64,000 nt of DNA from an uncultured Chloroflexia bacterium (GCA_963774265.1 CAVZDU010000010.1:352001-416000), one strand, 5' to 3'; positions 20,825 through 31,565 are shown, numbered from the stretch's first letter. Numbers and translations are program-made. The notes: generated by a model not told the origin, from the letters alone.

Positions 20825-22444
20825 CAGCAATTCTAAATATGGCGGGGAGTGGTAGACTGGGAGGTGAGCCAGCGAATCCGGCGTGAGGTGGGGCGAGGCA
20901 TGGGTGGGAAACAGGTAAGGTTCAGCGAGTTGCTGCGGTTTTTGCGGGCCAGCCTGGAACGGATTCCGGAGCACCGGCGGGGTGAGAACGGGCACTATGC
21001 GATTGCGGATGCCGGGCTAGCGGCTTTCTCGGTGTTCTTCATGCAGGAGCCCTCCTTTCTGGCCTACCAAACGAACCTGCAGGAGAACCACGGGCGCAAT
21101 AACGCCAAGAGCCTGTTTGGCGTGGCGGAGATTCCCAGCGATGGGCAGACTCGCAATCTGCTCGATCCAGTCGATCCGGTCCTGCTGGGCGAACCCTTTT
21201 GGGCGAGCTACGAACTGCTGGCCCGGCGTGGGGCGCTGCGGGACTATCACGGTGCGACTGGTAGTCAGTTGGTGTCGCTGGACGGCACGCAGTCCTTTGC
21301 ATCCCAGAAGGTGCACTGTGACAACTGCCGGGTGACGGTACGCGACGGACGTACCTATTATGCGCATCAAGTGTTGCTTGCAGTAGTGGGCGCGCCCGCG
21401 CAGCCGCACGTGGTCTGTCTGCCGCCGGAGTTCATCACGCCGCAGGACGGGGCAGACAAACAGGACTGCGAGCAGCGGGCCATCAAGCGCTGGGTCAAGC
21501 AGCATGCCGGGCGCTTTGCGCCTTGGAGTACGACCGTCTTGACCGACGATCTGCATGCGCACCAGCCGGTCTGTCAATTACTCTTGGATCACCACCTGCA
21601 CTTCATCCTCACCTGCAAACCCGACTCGCACCCGACGCTGTACGAAGAGTTGCAGCTTCTGGAGCGGGTCGAGGGGGCAGTGGGAAGCAAGCGCATCCGG
21701 CGCTGGAACGGCCGCCATCATGAGGTCTGGCAATATCGTTGGGCGAGTGAGTTGCCGATCCGCGAAGGGCAGGACGCACTCAAGGTCAACTGGTGTGAGT
21801 TGCGGCTGATCAACCAGGAGAGCGGCGAGCAGCTGTATCACAACGCCTGGCTCACCGACCACGCTTTGGACGAAACTTCAGTCGAGGCCGTCGCCCAGGA
21901 TGGGCGGAGCCGCTGGAAGGTCGAAAACGAAGGCATCAACGTGCTCAAGCAGCGCGGCTACCATTTCGAGCACAACTACGGACATGGCGACCAGCACCTG
22001 GCCGCTGTGCTTTTGAGTTTGCTGCTGCTGGCCTTCCTGTTCCACACGGCGCTGGACCTGGCCTGCCTGATGTACCAGGCCATCCGCCAGAAGCTGCGCA
22101 CCCGCCGCAAGTTCTTCGATGACCTGCGCGGCTTGACGACCTATCTCTACTGGCGCAGCTTCCAGCACCTGCTCAGCTTCATGTATCGCCAACTGGAGTT
22201 GGGTCCGCCAGCCCCAGCCTAATGCCCGATGGGCCTGACCGCCCATTGATCCCGGCCCCGGTCGGAGGCTGTCGCCTGTCCAGCGCCAGCGCCCAGTGCC
22301 GCCAGCTCCACTCCCGGCCGCCCGACCCGCCTCTTTCCGGCCCTCAATCTGCCACCGCGGCTGTCCACCCGCACGCAGGCAGCCCCCGGCTACCTCCGAC
22401 CTTGACTTCACCGGCTTGGAGCCATGCCAAATTCAGAATTGCTG
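20825..22444 (+). mobile_element. Complete insertion sequence, 1620 bp, DDE type (ISNCY/IS4-like)
   Basis: Terminal IRs CAGCAATTCTAAATATGGC (20825-20843) and reverse complement of GCCAAATTCAGAATTGCTG (22426-22444), 17/19 identical; flanked by 9-bp direct repeat TGGGCATGG (20816-20824, 22445-22453). Confidence 0.93.
20849..22222 (+). CDS. DDE transposase (intact frame; start uncertain)
   Basis: VSLDGT, KQDCE, LTDDL, RSRWKVENEGINVLK...FEHNYGHG signature. Confidence 0.9.
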   Translation: MVDWEVSQRIRREVGRGMGGKQVRFSELLRFLRASLERIPEHRRGENGHYAIADAGLAAFSVFFMQEPSFLAYQTNLQENHGRNNAKSLFGVAEIPSDGQTRNLLDPVDPVLLGEPFWASYELLARRGALRDYHGATGSQLVSLDGTQSFASQKVHCDNCRVTVRDGRTYYAHQVLLAVVGAPAQPHVVCLPPEFITPQDGADKQDCEQRAIKRWVKQHAGRFAPWSTTVLTDDLHAHQPVCQLLLDHHLHFILTCKPDSHPTLYEELQLLERVEGAVGSKRIRRWNGRHHEVWQYRWASELPIREGQDALKVNWCELRLINQESGEQLYHNAWLTDHALDETSVEAVAQDGRSRWKVENEGINVLKQRGYHFEHNYGHGDQHLAAVLLSLLLLAFLFHTALDLACLMYQAIRQKLRTRRKFFDDLRGLTTYLYWRSFQHLLSFMYRQLELGPPAPA

Positions 22445-22499
22445 TGGGCATGGCGTCTACGTTGCGCCCGCATTGCGCCTGTGGTAGCATGCACCCGCT

Positions 22500-25400
22500 A
22501 TGTCCACGGCTCGGCTTCCGCTCGCTCTGATTCGTTGGTTGCTTGCCCTGGGGATGCTTTGGGCTCTCGCCGCAGGCATGCTCATCCGCACCTCGGGCGA
22601 TCCTTCATTTCCTGAGGCGGAGACCATTGACCAGGACTACTCGGCTCGCCCCGGCGTTAAATCTGCAACGGGAAGAAATCGCGCCAGAGCACATTGATGC
22701 CACTCTGGCGGAGCTGTCGCAAACAGGCGTCACTTGGGTGCGCTTTACATTGCCGTGGGATGAGATCGAGCCGGCGCGGGGGCAGTTCAATTGGGGACCC
22801 TGGGATGCGATCGCGGCATCCTTCGCAGGCTGGCCGGACATCCATCCCATCGTTGTGCTTGACCGTTCACCTGTCTGGGCGCGTGGCGAGGCGGATGCGG
22901 ACAATCCCTCCGCTCCGCCGCGCGAGCGATCGGATTTCGGCGCATTTGCTCGCGCTGTCGCCGAACGCTATGGCACCCAGCTTACCTATTACCAGGTGTG
23001 GCACGAGCCGAATATTTCGCCCCATTGGGGGAGCCGGCCGGCCGATCCAGCGGATTACCTGGGGTTGCTCCGCGAGGCAGCTGTGGCGATTCGCGGAGCG
23101 GACCTCGATGCACGAATCATCGCGGCAGCGCTCGCGCCGACCACTGAGGCGGGCGGCGCCAATCTCAGTGACCTCACGTACCTGGATCGGCTCTACAGCT
23201 TGGGGGGGCGATCCTGGTTCGATTTCCCTGCAATCCAGCCCTATGGTTTCTCTGTCGGACCCGATGAACCGCCGGACGCTGCGAAGCTGAACTTCGCCCG
23301 CGCCCACGAAGCGCGACAGGTGATGCTGCGGCACGGCGACGCGGGATCATCGCTGTGGGCGACGTCGTTCGGTTGGAACGCGACAACGGATTCGCAGGTG
23401 GTGTCGCCCTGGGGGAGTGTCGCACCGGACGTACAGGCCGCCCACACGGCGGCCGCATTCGTGAAGGCGACGGGCGAGTGGCCCTGGCTCGGCCCGATGT
23501 TGTGGACTGCTTACTTCCCCCTCGAACCAGGGACGCGTGAGGTCCTCACTCGCGCCGCCTCGGAGCCCTCTCTTCTGCCGCCCGGCAGCCATGGGACCAG
23601 CCATCCGGCATTGCACTACAGCAGCGGATGGCGCGTAACGCCCTCGGCAGCATATCCTCGGCCGATGGTGATGCCATCGATTTCACTTTTCGCGGCTCAG
23701 GCGTGGCGCTGACCGTACAGGGCGGCGCCTACTGGGCTTATCTGACGGTGAGCATCGATGGTGGGCCGGCGAATCGGCTCCCGCGTGATGAGACAGGCGC
23801 GACCTACCTGGTATTGCATGATCCCTCCTCCGCCCGGCGACTGGTGCCGTTGGCCGCAGGCTTGCCTCTTGACGAACACACCGTGCGACTCGTCGCGACC
23901 GGCGGTTGGGGTCAGTGGGCATTGCAGGGCGTCGTGGTCACCGCGGCGACACGCTCGTCCGCCCGATTGGGGTGGGGATTGTTGGCGCTCGCACTAGTGG
24001 TGACGGCGTTGGCTGGGGTCCGGTTTGCCCGGGTGAGCCAGGGACGCGGCGCCGGTGGCCAGGCCGGCTCGGGGCGTGGTCTTCGTCTCGCGTCGAAGTG
24101 GGCGAGCATTGCGGTCCCTGATGCGATAATGTGGGGCATCGCCCTTGCTCTGATTCTTATCTACCTCGCGTCACCGTGGGCGCTGGTTGATCTGGCCTCA
24201 CTTGCCCTGCTGGGTCTTCTTTTCCTAGTTCGTCCCGGCCTTGCGCCGCCGCTGATTGCGGCCAGTTTGCCGTTTTGGCAGCGCACCGAGCCTCTGCTGC
24301 GCTGGCAGTTCGGGCTGTTCGAATTGCTGACCTGGATCGGGCTTCTGGCATGGGGCGCCCGTCGGCTGGTCGAGCTCTTGACCCGGACCGCTCCACTGCG
24401 CAAGGACGCTGCCGCACTTGCGTCCAGGTATCGGGCAGTGGCCTTTGTTGCTTGACATAACAGCATTGGTGATGTTCTTGTCGGGCCTGATCGCGACCAT
24501 CTTCGCCGCAGAGCAGGGCGTTGCATGGCGCGAGTTTCGGATCGTCTTTCTCTTCGGCCTGGTTCTCTACGTCCTGATCACCCGTACGGCGGAGAAGGAT
24601 GTGGAAAGCACGATCAGGCCGCTTGTGACCGGCCTCTTGGCTGGGGCGACAATCGCCAGCCTGATCGGACTCTGGCAAGGGGTGACGGGCCAGGGGCGGG
24701 TTGACGTGGAGGGTGTGGGACGCATCGCCGCGCTCTACGGCTCACCGAACAACCTGGCGCTGCTGCTTGACCGCGCTGTTCCTCTGTCTCTCGCAATAGC
24801 CCTCTTCGGCTCATGGTCGCCAGGTGCGGGGAGCGCTCGCGACCAGCATCGGAAGCGCCTTGTGCAGCGTGGCGCTTTGGCCGCAGTCTTCAACATCACC
24901 TTTACCGCGGCTGTTGCCACATTCAGCAAGGGAGCACTCCTGCTCGGCTTGCCCGCCGGGCTAATCGTTGTTCTGGCAGGCGGCGCATGGCGCAGCGGTC
25001 GTCGGTGGCCCATTTGGGCATTGGTAGGGTTGGTCGTCGCCGGTGCGGTCGGCCTGTTGCTTCTTTTCCGCACGCCCCGCTTTGCCGACTTGTTCAATTT
25101 CGAGTCCGGGACGAGTTTCTTGCGGCTGAAATTATGGCGCGGAGCGCTGAACATGGCCATGGATCACCCCCTCCTTGGGGTGGGACCGGATAACTTTCTT
25201 TACGCTTATCGTTCGCGCTATGTACTGCCTTCCGGTTGGCAGGAGCTCAACCTCAGCCACCCCCACAACATCCTGCTCGACATGTGGACTCGGCTGGGCC
25301 TATTGGGCGTGGCCGCGTGCAGCGGCTCTGGTCGCCGCATTCGCAGCCGGCTGGCGCTTGTTCACCGCACGACCGGCCTTGCCCGGTGGACATCCACGCC

Positions 25401-25609
25401 GGGGCATCGGAAGCGGTAGTGAAGATGAAGTCGCGAAATCGCCCCAGGCCAGGGCAGTCTGGCCTCTGGCGTTAGGACTCCTCGGCGGTCTTGCAGCCAC
25501 AGTGGCTCACGGCCTGATCGATAATTCGCTATTTCTGCCCGACCTGATGGGCTGGTTTGTGTCGTCATCGGGCATGTTCTGGCTCTACTCTGCTCAGCGA
25601 GAGGATTAG
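22500..25609 (+). CDS. Fusion: clan GH-A-like TIM barrel + beta-sandwich + O-antigen ligase (Wzy_C/WaaL-like) membrane domain (about 4 indels)
   Basis: [35 protein letters not shown]; then many TMs, [49 protein letters not shown]; consecutive overlapping frames with no internal start signals. Confidence 0.75.
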
Positions 25610-25610
25610 T

Positions 25611-26547
25611 ATGAGAGTATTGGTAACGGGCGGCGCGGGGTTCATCGGCTCCCATCTGTGTGACCGTTTGCTTGCCGACGGACACGAGGTGATCGCGATG
25701 GATAATCTGGTCACCGGGTCCGCCGACAACATCGCACATCTTGCCGGTGAGTGGCGCTTCAAGTTTGTTCATCACGACGTAACCGACTACATCTACGTGG
25801 CCGGGCAGCTCGATGCGGTCATGCACCTTGCATCACCCGCCAGCCCTGTGGATTTTGCACGGATCCCCATCCAGATTCTTAAAGTGGGTTCCCTCGGCAC
25901 GCATAACGCGCTCGGTTTGGCGTTTGCCAAGGGTGCGCGCTTCTTGCTTGCGTCCACCTCTGAGGTGTACGGCGATCCCCTCATTCACCCGCAGCCCGAG
26001 AGCTACTGGGGCAATGTCAACCCCATTGGTGTACGCGGGGTGTACGATGAGGCCAAGCGCTTCGCGGAGGCCATTACGATGGCCTATCATCGTATCCACC
26101 AGGTCGACACACGCATAATTCGTATCTTCAATACTTACGGACCGCGGCATGCGGCTGAACGACGGCCGCGTCGTCCCGAATTTCATCAGCCAGGCACTGC
26201 GCCGGGAGCCCATAACGGTCTACGGCGACGGCTCACAGACCCGTTCATTCTGTTATGTGGCGGACTTGGTGGATGGCATGGTCCGCCTGCTACTGTCTGA
26301 CGAGGTCTACCCGGTCAACATCGGCAACCCGAACGAAACCACCATTCTGACTTTTGCTGAGACGATTAATCGTCTGACCGGCAACGCGGCGGGTATCGAG
26401 TACCGCCAACTCCCCGAGGATGATCCCAAGCAGCGGCGGCCCATCATCGCGCGTGCACGGCAAATTCTTGACTGGTCACCACAGGTGGATCTGGAACAAG
26501 GTCTCTCGCGCACCATTTACGACTTCGAGGAGCGGCTGGCGCGTTGA
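25611..26547 (+). CDS. UDP-glucuronate decarboxylase (UDP-xylose synthase) family (indel near 26145)
   Basis: [60 protein letters not shown]. Confidence 0.92.
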
Positions 26548-27847
26548 GACTCTCGCAAGTAGTGCGGACCTGGTGGCCGCTTGCTGCCAGTTGGCTCCTG
26601 ATGGGCGCGGAGCTGCCGGCCCTGAGCGTGGTTGTGGCGCGGCTGCCCGACGCCAGGATTAATCTTGCGGCCTATGGCGGTGTCGTTTTCCCGGTCGCTC
26701 TGATTATAGAGTCGCCCATCATCATGCTGCTGGCCGCTTCCACAGCACTGAGCAAGGACTGGGCATCCTACCGGAAGCTGCGGAACTACATGATGATTGC
26801 CGGAGGCGCGCTCACCGCGCTTCACGCGCTCGTCGCTTTTACGCCGCTTTACTACATTGTCGTGCGAGGCCTGCTCGGAGCGCCTGAGGAGATTATCGAA
26901 CCGGCGCGCATCGGTCTACGAATCATGCTGCCGTGGACGTGGACTATCGCATACCGCCGGTTCAATCAAGGCGTTATGATTCGCTTCGGCCATACCCGCT
27001 CGGTAGGCGCGGGAACGATGGTGCGTCTGAGCGCAGGAATGATCGTGCTGTTCTCGGGCTTGATCCTTGGCACGCTGCCCGGTATCGTTGTGGCGACCCT
27101 CGCCGTTGCAGCAGGGGTGAGCAGCGAGGCGCTGTTCGTCGGCCGCCTCGTTCGCCCGGTGCTGCGCTATGAGCTCGCCGCAGCGCCTCCGGTTGACCCG
27201 CCGCTCACCTATCGGGCGTTCTTCCAGTTCTACATCCCGTTGGTCTTCACATCGCTGTTGAGCCTGCTGGCTCAACCCATCGGCAGCGCAGCCTTGAGCC
27301 GCATGCCCGGTGCATTATCCTCTTTAGCCGTGTGGCCCGTCGTGACCGGGTTGATCTTCATGGTGCGCGGGTTGGGCCTGGCGTTCAATGAGGTAGTTGT
27401 CGCACTGCTGGACGAGCCGGGTGCACGGCCTGTGCTGCGCCAGTTCACGATCATCCTCAGCGGGGCGGCTCTCGTGATTCTCCTGCTGCTCGCAGCAACG
27501 CCACTCAGCCGGTTGTGGTTCGAGGGGGTCACGGCGCTCCCCGCGGATCTCAGCAGTCTCGCCCGTGCATCCCTTTGGCTCGGCATCCCTGTGCCCGCAC
27601 TGATAGCATGGCAGAGCTGGTATCAGGGCCAGCTTCTCCACAGTCGTCACACACGCGTGCTATTTCGGAGTCAGTTGTGATCTTCCTCGCGGTCAATGCC
27701 GCGATACTGATTGCCGGTGTTGTATCGGGTAGGATGATAGGCGTGTTTGTGGGCATGGTCGGCACGGTGGTGAGTACGATCGCACAGACCGTATGGCTGG
27801 GAGTGCAGGCGCACAGGGACAGTGCAAACGCGACTACGTCTCGTTAG
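26544..27847 (+). CDS. ANKH/MATE-like multi-pass membrane exporter (indel near 27655)
   Basis: [11 protein letters not shown]...[26 protein letters not shown]; two pseudo-repeated halves (second [11 protein letters not shown]); about 12 TMs. Confidence 0.7.
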
Positions 27848-27921
27848 TTGAGGTTGGACGACCTTCGTCTCGACCGCACCATCTGGCCCCATGTTGCCGG
27901 ACGGCGGTCACCGCGAACACA

Positions 27922-29181
27922 TTACCGCCACCGCTTCACGGCCAGGCATGCATTCTGCCCGCCAAACCCGAATGCGTTCACCAAAACGCATGATACATCG
28001 GCGTTTCGGGCGAGGTTGGGCACGTAATCCAGATCGCACGCGGGGTCAGTGCTGGTGAAATTGATCGTCGGTGGAATGATCCCTGTCTGGATCGCTTTCA
28101 CGGCTGCCACAGCGGAGACAGCACCGGACGCGCCAAGCATATGCCCCAGCCCTCCCTTCAGGGAACTCACCGGGACCTGGTATGCAGACTCGCCGAGCGC
28201 CTTTTTGATTGCTTTTGTTTCCGCGAGGTCGTTGAGCGGCGTTCCCGTTCCGTGCGCACAGATCCAGCTGGGTGGGTCGGCCGCTCCACCGTTCAGGTTG
28301 AGCGCGGCGCGGATGGCAGCCGCGGCGTGCTCGCCTTCAGGATCAGGTGCAACCAGGTGGAAGGCATCCGACGTCTGCCCATAACCGGAGATCTCGGCCA
28401 GGATCGTTGCACCCCGGGCCTGAGCATGTTCGAGTGTCTCCAACACCAGTACGGCCGCACCTTCGCCCACCACCGTGCCATCGCGGTCCCCGGAAAAGGG
28501 CGCACACGCGCGCTCGGGCGTATCGTTCTTCGTGGAAAGCGCTCCCAACCGGCCGAAAGCCGCGACCGCCAGGGGGGTCATGACGCTGTCGGTGCCGCCT
28601 GCGATCATCACGTCGGCATCGCCGCCGCGGACTCGCCGGTACGCCTCCCCCAGCGCGATAAGGCCGGACGCACACGCCGCCACAGGCGCATTGACGGCGC
28701 CGTGGAGGCCGTACCGCATCGACACGGCGCAGGCGGCTGAATTGATGATGATCGCGGGGATCAGGGTCGGGTTAATCGATCCGGGACCGCGCGCCTTCAA
28801 CACCAGGCGTTGTTCCTCGATGATGCCCGCGCCGCCCAGGCTGCTGCCGATCTCAACGCCACAGCGCGTCAGATCCTCCGTGGCGAAGTCGAGACCCGCC
28901 TGAGCGACCGCCTGAGCCGCTGCAACGATCCCGTAATGGATGAATGGCGAGAGCCGCCGCGCCTCTTTCGGGTCAATCGTTTGGCTGGGATCGAAGTCCT
29001 TCACGGTTGCCGCGATACGCGCGGGGAAGCCGCTCGTGTCGAAGGCCGTGATCGGCTGGACGCCTGAATGTCCTTCAATCAGGCCTTGCCAGGTCGTCTC
29101 TACATCGTTTCCCAACGGCGAAATCACACCCATCCCGGTGACCACGACTCGCCGTCGCCCATTATCTGAGTGCTCTGTCAT
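27922..29181 (-). CDS. fabF: 3-oxoacyl-ACP synthase II
   Basis: RRVVVTGMG, AACASG (Cys), AHGTGT, HMLGASG, NAFGFGGQNA. Confidence 0.93.
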   Translation of the reverse strand: MTEHSDNGRRRVVVTGMGVISPLGNDVETTWQGLIEGHSGVQPITAFDTSGFPARIAATVKDFDPSQTIDPKEARRLSPFIHYGIVAAAQAVAQAGLDFATEDLTRCGVEIGSSLGGAGIIEEQRLVLKARGPGSINPTLIPAIIINSAACAVSMRYGLHGAVNAPVAACASGLIALGEAYRRVRGGDADVMIAGGTDSVMTPLAVAAFGRLGALSTKNDTPERACAPFSGDRDGTVVGEGAAVLVLETLEHAQARGATILAEISGYGQTSDAFHLVAPDPEGEHAAAAIRAALNLNGGAADPPSWICAHGTGTPLNDLAETKAIKKALGESAYQVPVSSLKGGLGHMLGASGAVSAVAAVKAIQTGIIPPTINFTSTDPACDLDYVPNLARNADVSCVLVNAFGFGGQNACLAVKRWR

Positions 29182-29242
29182 TGGCCTGCCTTCGCAACTC
29201 GCGTGTGCGGCCGCGCCGGTCGCTCGCCTTTAGGGCTGAATG

Positions 29243-31411
29243 CTAGCGAACCCATGCCCCGGTCATCACCGGAACGACGGTGCCCGTCAGCCGCACCGCC
29301 CAGTTCGCGTCGATTTCTGCGAGCATTTCCCCGCCCGGCATGCGCACCGTCACCGGGCTGGCGCACCGGCCCGTGCGAACCGCCACCGCTGCGGCTGCAC
29401 AGCTCGAAGTGCCGGAGGCCAGCGTATACCCCGCGCCGCGTTCCCAAATCGCGATCTCCAGCGTGTGCCTGTCCGCCACGCGTGCGAACTGGACGTTGGT
29501 CCGGTTCTGGAAGAGCGGAAGCCGTTCGAGATGGGGCCCGATTGAATGCGCAAAACCAACTAACGCGTCCATACCTTCGATTTTTGTTCCGTCCACCGCA
29601 AAGACTACACAGTGTGGATTGCCCATGCTCACCGCCGACAGGCGGACCGCCCGGCCGCCCGCTTGCGCCTCCTCTTCGATGATTTCGCGCCTGGCGCCCG
29701 CGATCCCGATATTGCAGGAGTCGAATGATGCGCGCCCCATATCCATCGCGATCCGGTTTCCCTCGGCGTCGAGCACGTGCGCCGTGACCATGCCCCCGGG
29801 TGTGCTGATATCGAAATCGCGGCCGCGTGGCAGCCGCCGGTCCCACAGGTAACGCGCAAAGATGCGCAGCCCGTTCCCGCTCTTTTCGAACTCACCACCG
29901 TCTGGATTGAACAACCGCAGTGCGAACGGATCGCGGCCCACCGGTCCCCACAGCGCCCCGTCAGCGCCTACACCGTGGTGCCGGTCGCAAATGCGTCGCA
30001 CCGTGTCCTCATCGGGGCATTCCCGCCAGTCCACAGGATCGAGAACAAGATAGTCGTTGCCGAGTGCGTCGTACTTGTGGAAGGGCATGCTATTTTTGGC
30101 GTCCGGACCTGCGTCTCTGTGCACCAGGTCTTCGTAGGTCTCGCGGCGTTGGATCACCCTGGCCTGGCCGCCGCCAAGCAGGATGACCGCCGGCCGCAGC
30201 GCCAGGTTGTAGTTGCTCGCCATGGAGAGTGTGTATGCGCCCGCCATGGGGATCGCGAGGAAGTCGCCCCGGTCGAGACGCGGGAGCGCGATATCTCGGA
30301 TCAAAATGTCGCCGGACTCGCAGTATTTGCCGGCCAGGGTCACCGTCTCCAGGGGTCGGCCCAGGCCCCCTGACACTCGTCGTGCGGTGTACAGCGCACC
30401 ATAGAGCGCCGGACGAATGTTGTCGACCATGCCTCCATCCACGGCCACGTAGGTGCGTACGCCGGGGATCTCTTTGCGCGCTCCGGTGGTGTAGACCGCC
30501 ACCCCAGCTTGGGCCACGAGCGACCGTCCGGGCTCGACGATCAGGTGGGGCAGGGGGAGATTGTTCTGCTCGCAGGCGGCGGTGACCGCCGCGCACAGCG
30601 TCTTGAGGTACGCCTCTACCGGCGCCGCCGCATCCGCCTCAGTCATCGGCACACCCCAGCCACCGCCCGGGCTGAGCTCGCGCAACACGAAGCCATGCTG
30701 TACCTGCATCTCCGCAGCAAATGTCACCAGCCGCTCTGCCGCTTCGGCCAGCGACTCCGGCTCGTAGATCTGTGAGCCGATGTGGGCGTGCAGCCCCGTA
30801 AGCTGCAAACTGCCTGCGCGCAATGCCTGGATCACCGCCTTTTCGGCATCCCCGGATTGAATCGAGAAGCCGAACTTCGTGTCCTCCTGGCCGGTTTGAA
30901 TGTGGCTGTGGGTGTGGGCCTGAACGCCCGGCGCGAGGCGCAACCAGATCTGCGCGCGTATGCCGCGTGCAGATGCCAGCTCGTCGAGCAGCGCCAGTTC
31001 CGCGAAGTTGTCCACCACGATCCGGCCGGCGCCCGCGGCCAACGCCTCGCTCAATTCTTGGGGTGATTTGTTGTTACCGTGAAAGTGGATGCGCTCGGGC
31101 GGGAAGCCAGCGCGCAGCGCGACGAATAGCTCGCCGCCTGAGACCACATCCAGGTCAAGTCCTTCTTCCATCACGATCTGTGCGATCGCGGTGCACAGGT
31201 ATGCCTTCGAGGCATAAGCCGCCTGGCTGCTCCCCCGGTAGAGGGCGCCCAGGGTGTTTCGATAAACGCGGCAGCGGTTGCGCAGCGATGCCTCGTCAAG
31301 AATGTACAGGGGCGTACCGTACGACTGGGCCAGCTCAGCGACGGCGAGGCCGTCGATCGAGAGGCTGTCGTCTTCGCCGAGTGATGCGGTCAACGGCCAC
31401 AAGTGGTTCAA
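29243..31411 (-). CDS. lysA: Diaminopimelate decarboxylase fused to a diaminopimelate epimerase-like domain (LysA-DapF)
   Basis: YGTPLY, YASKA (PLP Lys), HAHIGSQI, EPGRSL, GKYCESGD, SNYN; then FHKYDALGNDY, GVGADG, SMGNPHCV, TNVQF, WERGAGYTLASG in one 722-aa frame. Confidence 0.9.
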   Translation of the reverse strand: MNHLWPLTASLGEDDSLSIDGLAVAELAQSYGTPLYILDEASLRNRCRVYRNTLGALYRGSSQAAYASKAYLCTAIAQIVMEEGLDLDVVSGGELFVALRAGFPPERIHFHGNNKSPQELSEALAAGAGRIVVDNFAELALLDELASARGIRAQIWLRLAPGVQAHTHSHIQTGQEDTKFGFSIQSGDAEKAVIQALRAGSLQLTGLHAHIGSQIYEPESLAEAAERLVTFAAEMQVQHGFVLRELSPGGGWGVPMTEADAAAPVEAYLKTLCAAVTAACEQNNLPLPHLIVEPGRSLVAQAGVAVYTTGARKEIPGVRTYVAVDGGMVDNIRPALYGALYTARRVSGGLGRPLETVTLAGKYCESGDILIRDIALPRLDRGDFLAIPMAGAYTLSMASNYNLALRPAVILLGGGQARVIQRRETYEDLVHRDAGPDAKNSMPFHKYDALGNDYLVLDPVDWRECPDEDTVRRICDRHHGVGADGALWGPVGRDPFALRLFNPDGGEFEKSGNGLRIFARYLWDRRLPRGRDFDISTPGGMVTAHVLDAEGNRIAMDMGRASFDSCNIGIAGARREIIEEEAQAGGRAVRLSAVSMGNPHCVVFAVDGTKIEGMDALVGFAHSIGPHLERLPLFQNRTNVQFARVADRHTLEIAIWERGAGYTLASGTSSCAAAAVAVRTGRCASPVTVRMPGGEMLAEIDANWAVRLTGTVVPVMTGAWVR

Positions 31412-31565
31412 AGGGATGCTCGTTTCATGAGGATTTTCCCGCAGTATACCGGTCCCCTCCCCTAAGCGTCAAGCTTCATCGGGGCTGTAGCCTGAATAGC
31501 ACCGTCCGCATCCAGCCGGCGCTTCTTTACTTTCCGATTGTGCGCTTCTCCGCTAGAATGGCGGA

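Noticed and set aside
31412-31565. Lysine riboswitch upstream of lysA
   Set aside because: Only about 150 bp shared with the divergent tlyA promoter; no L-box features seen
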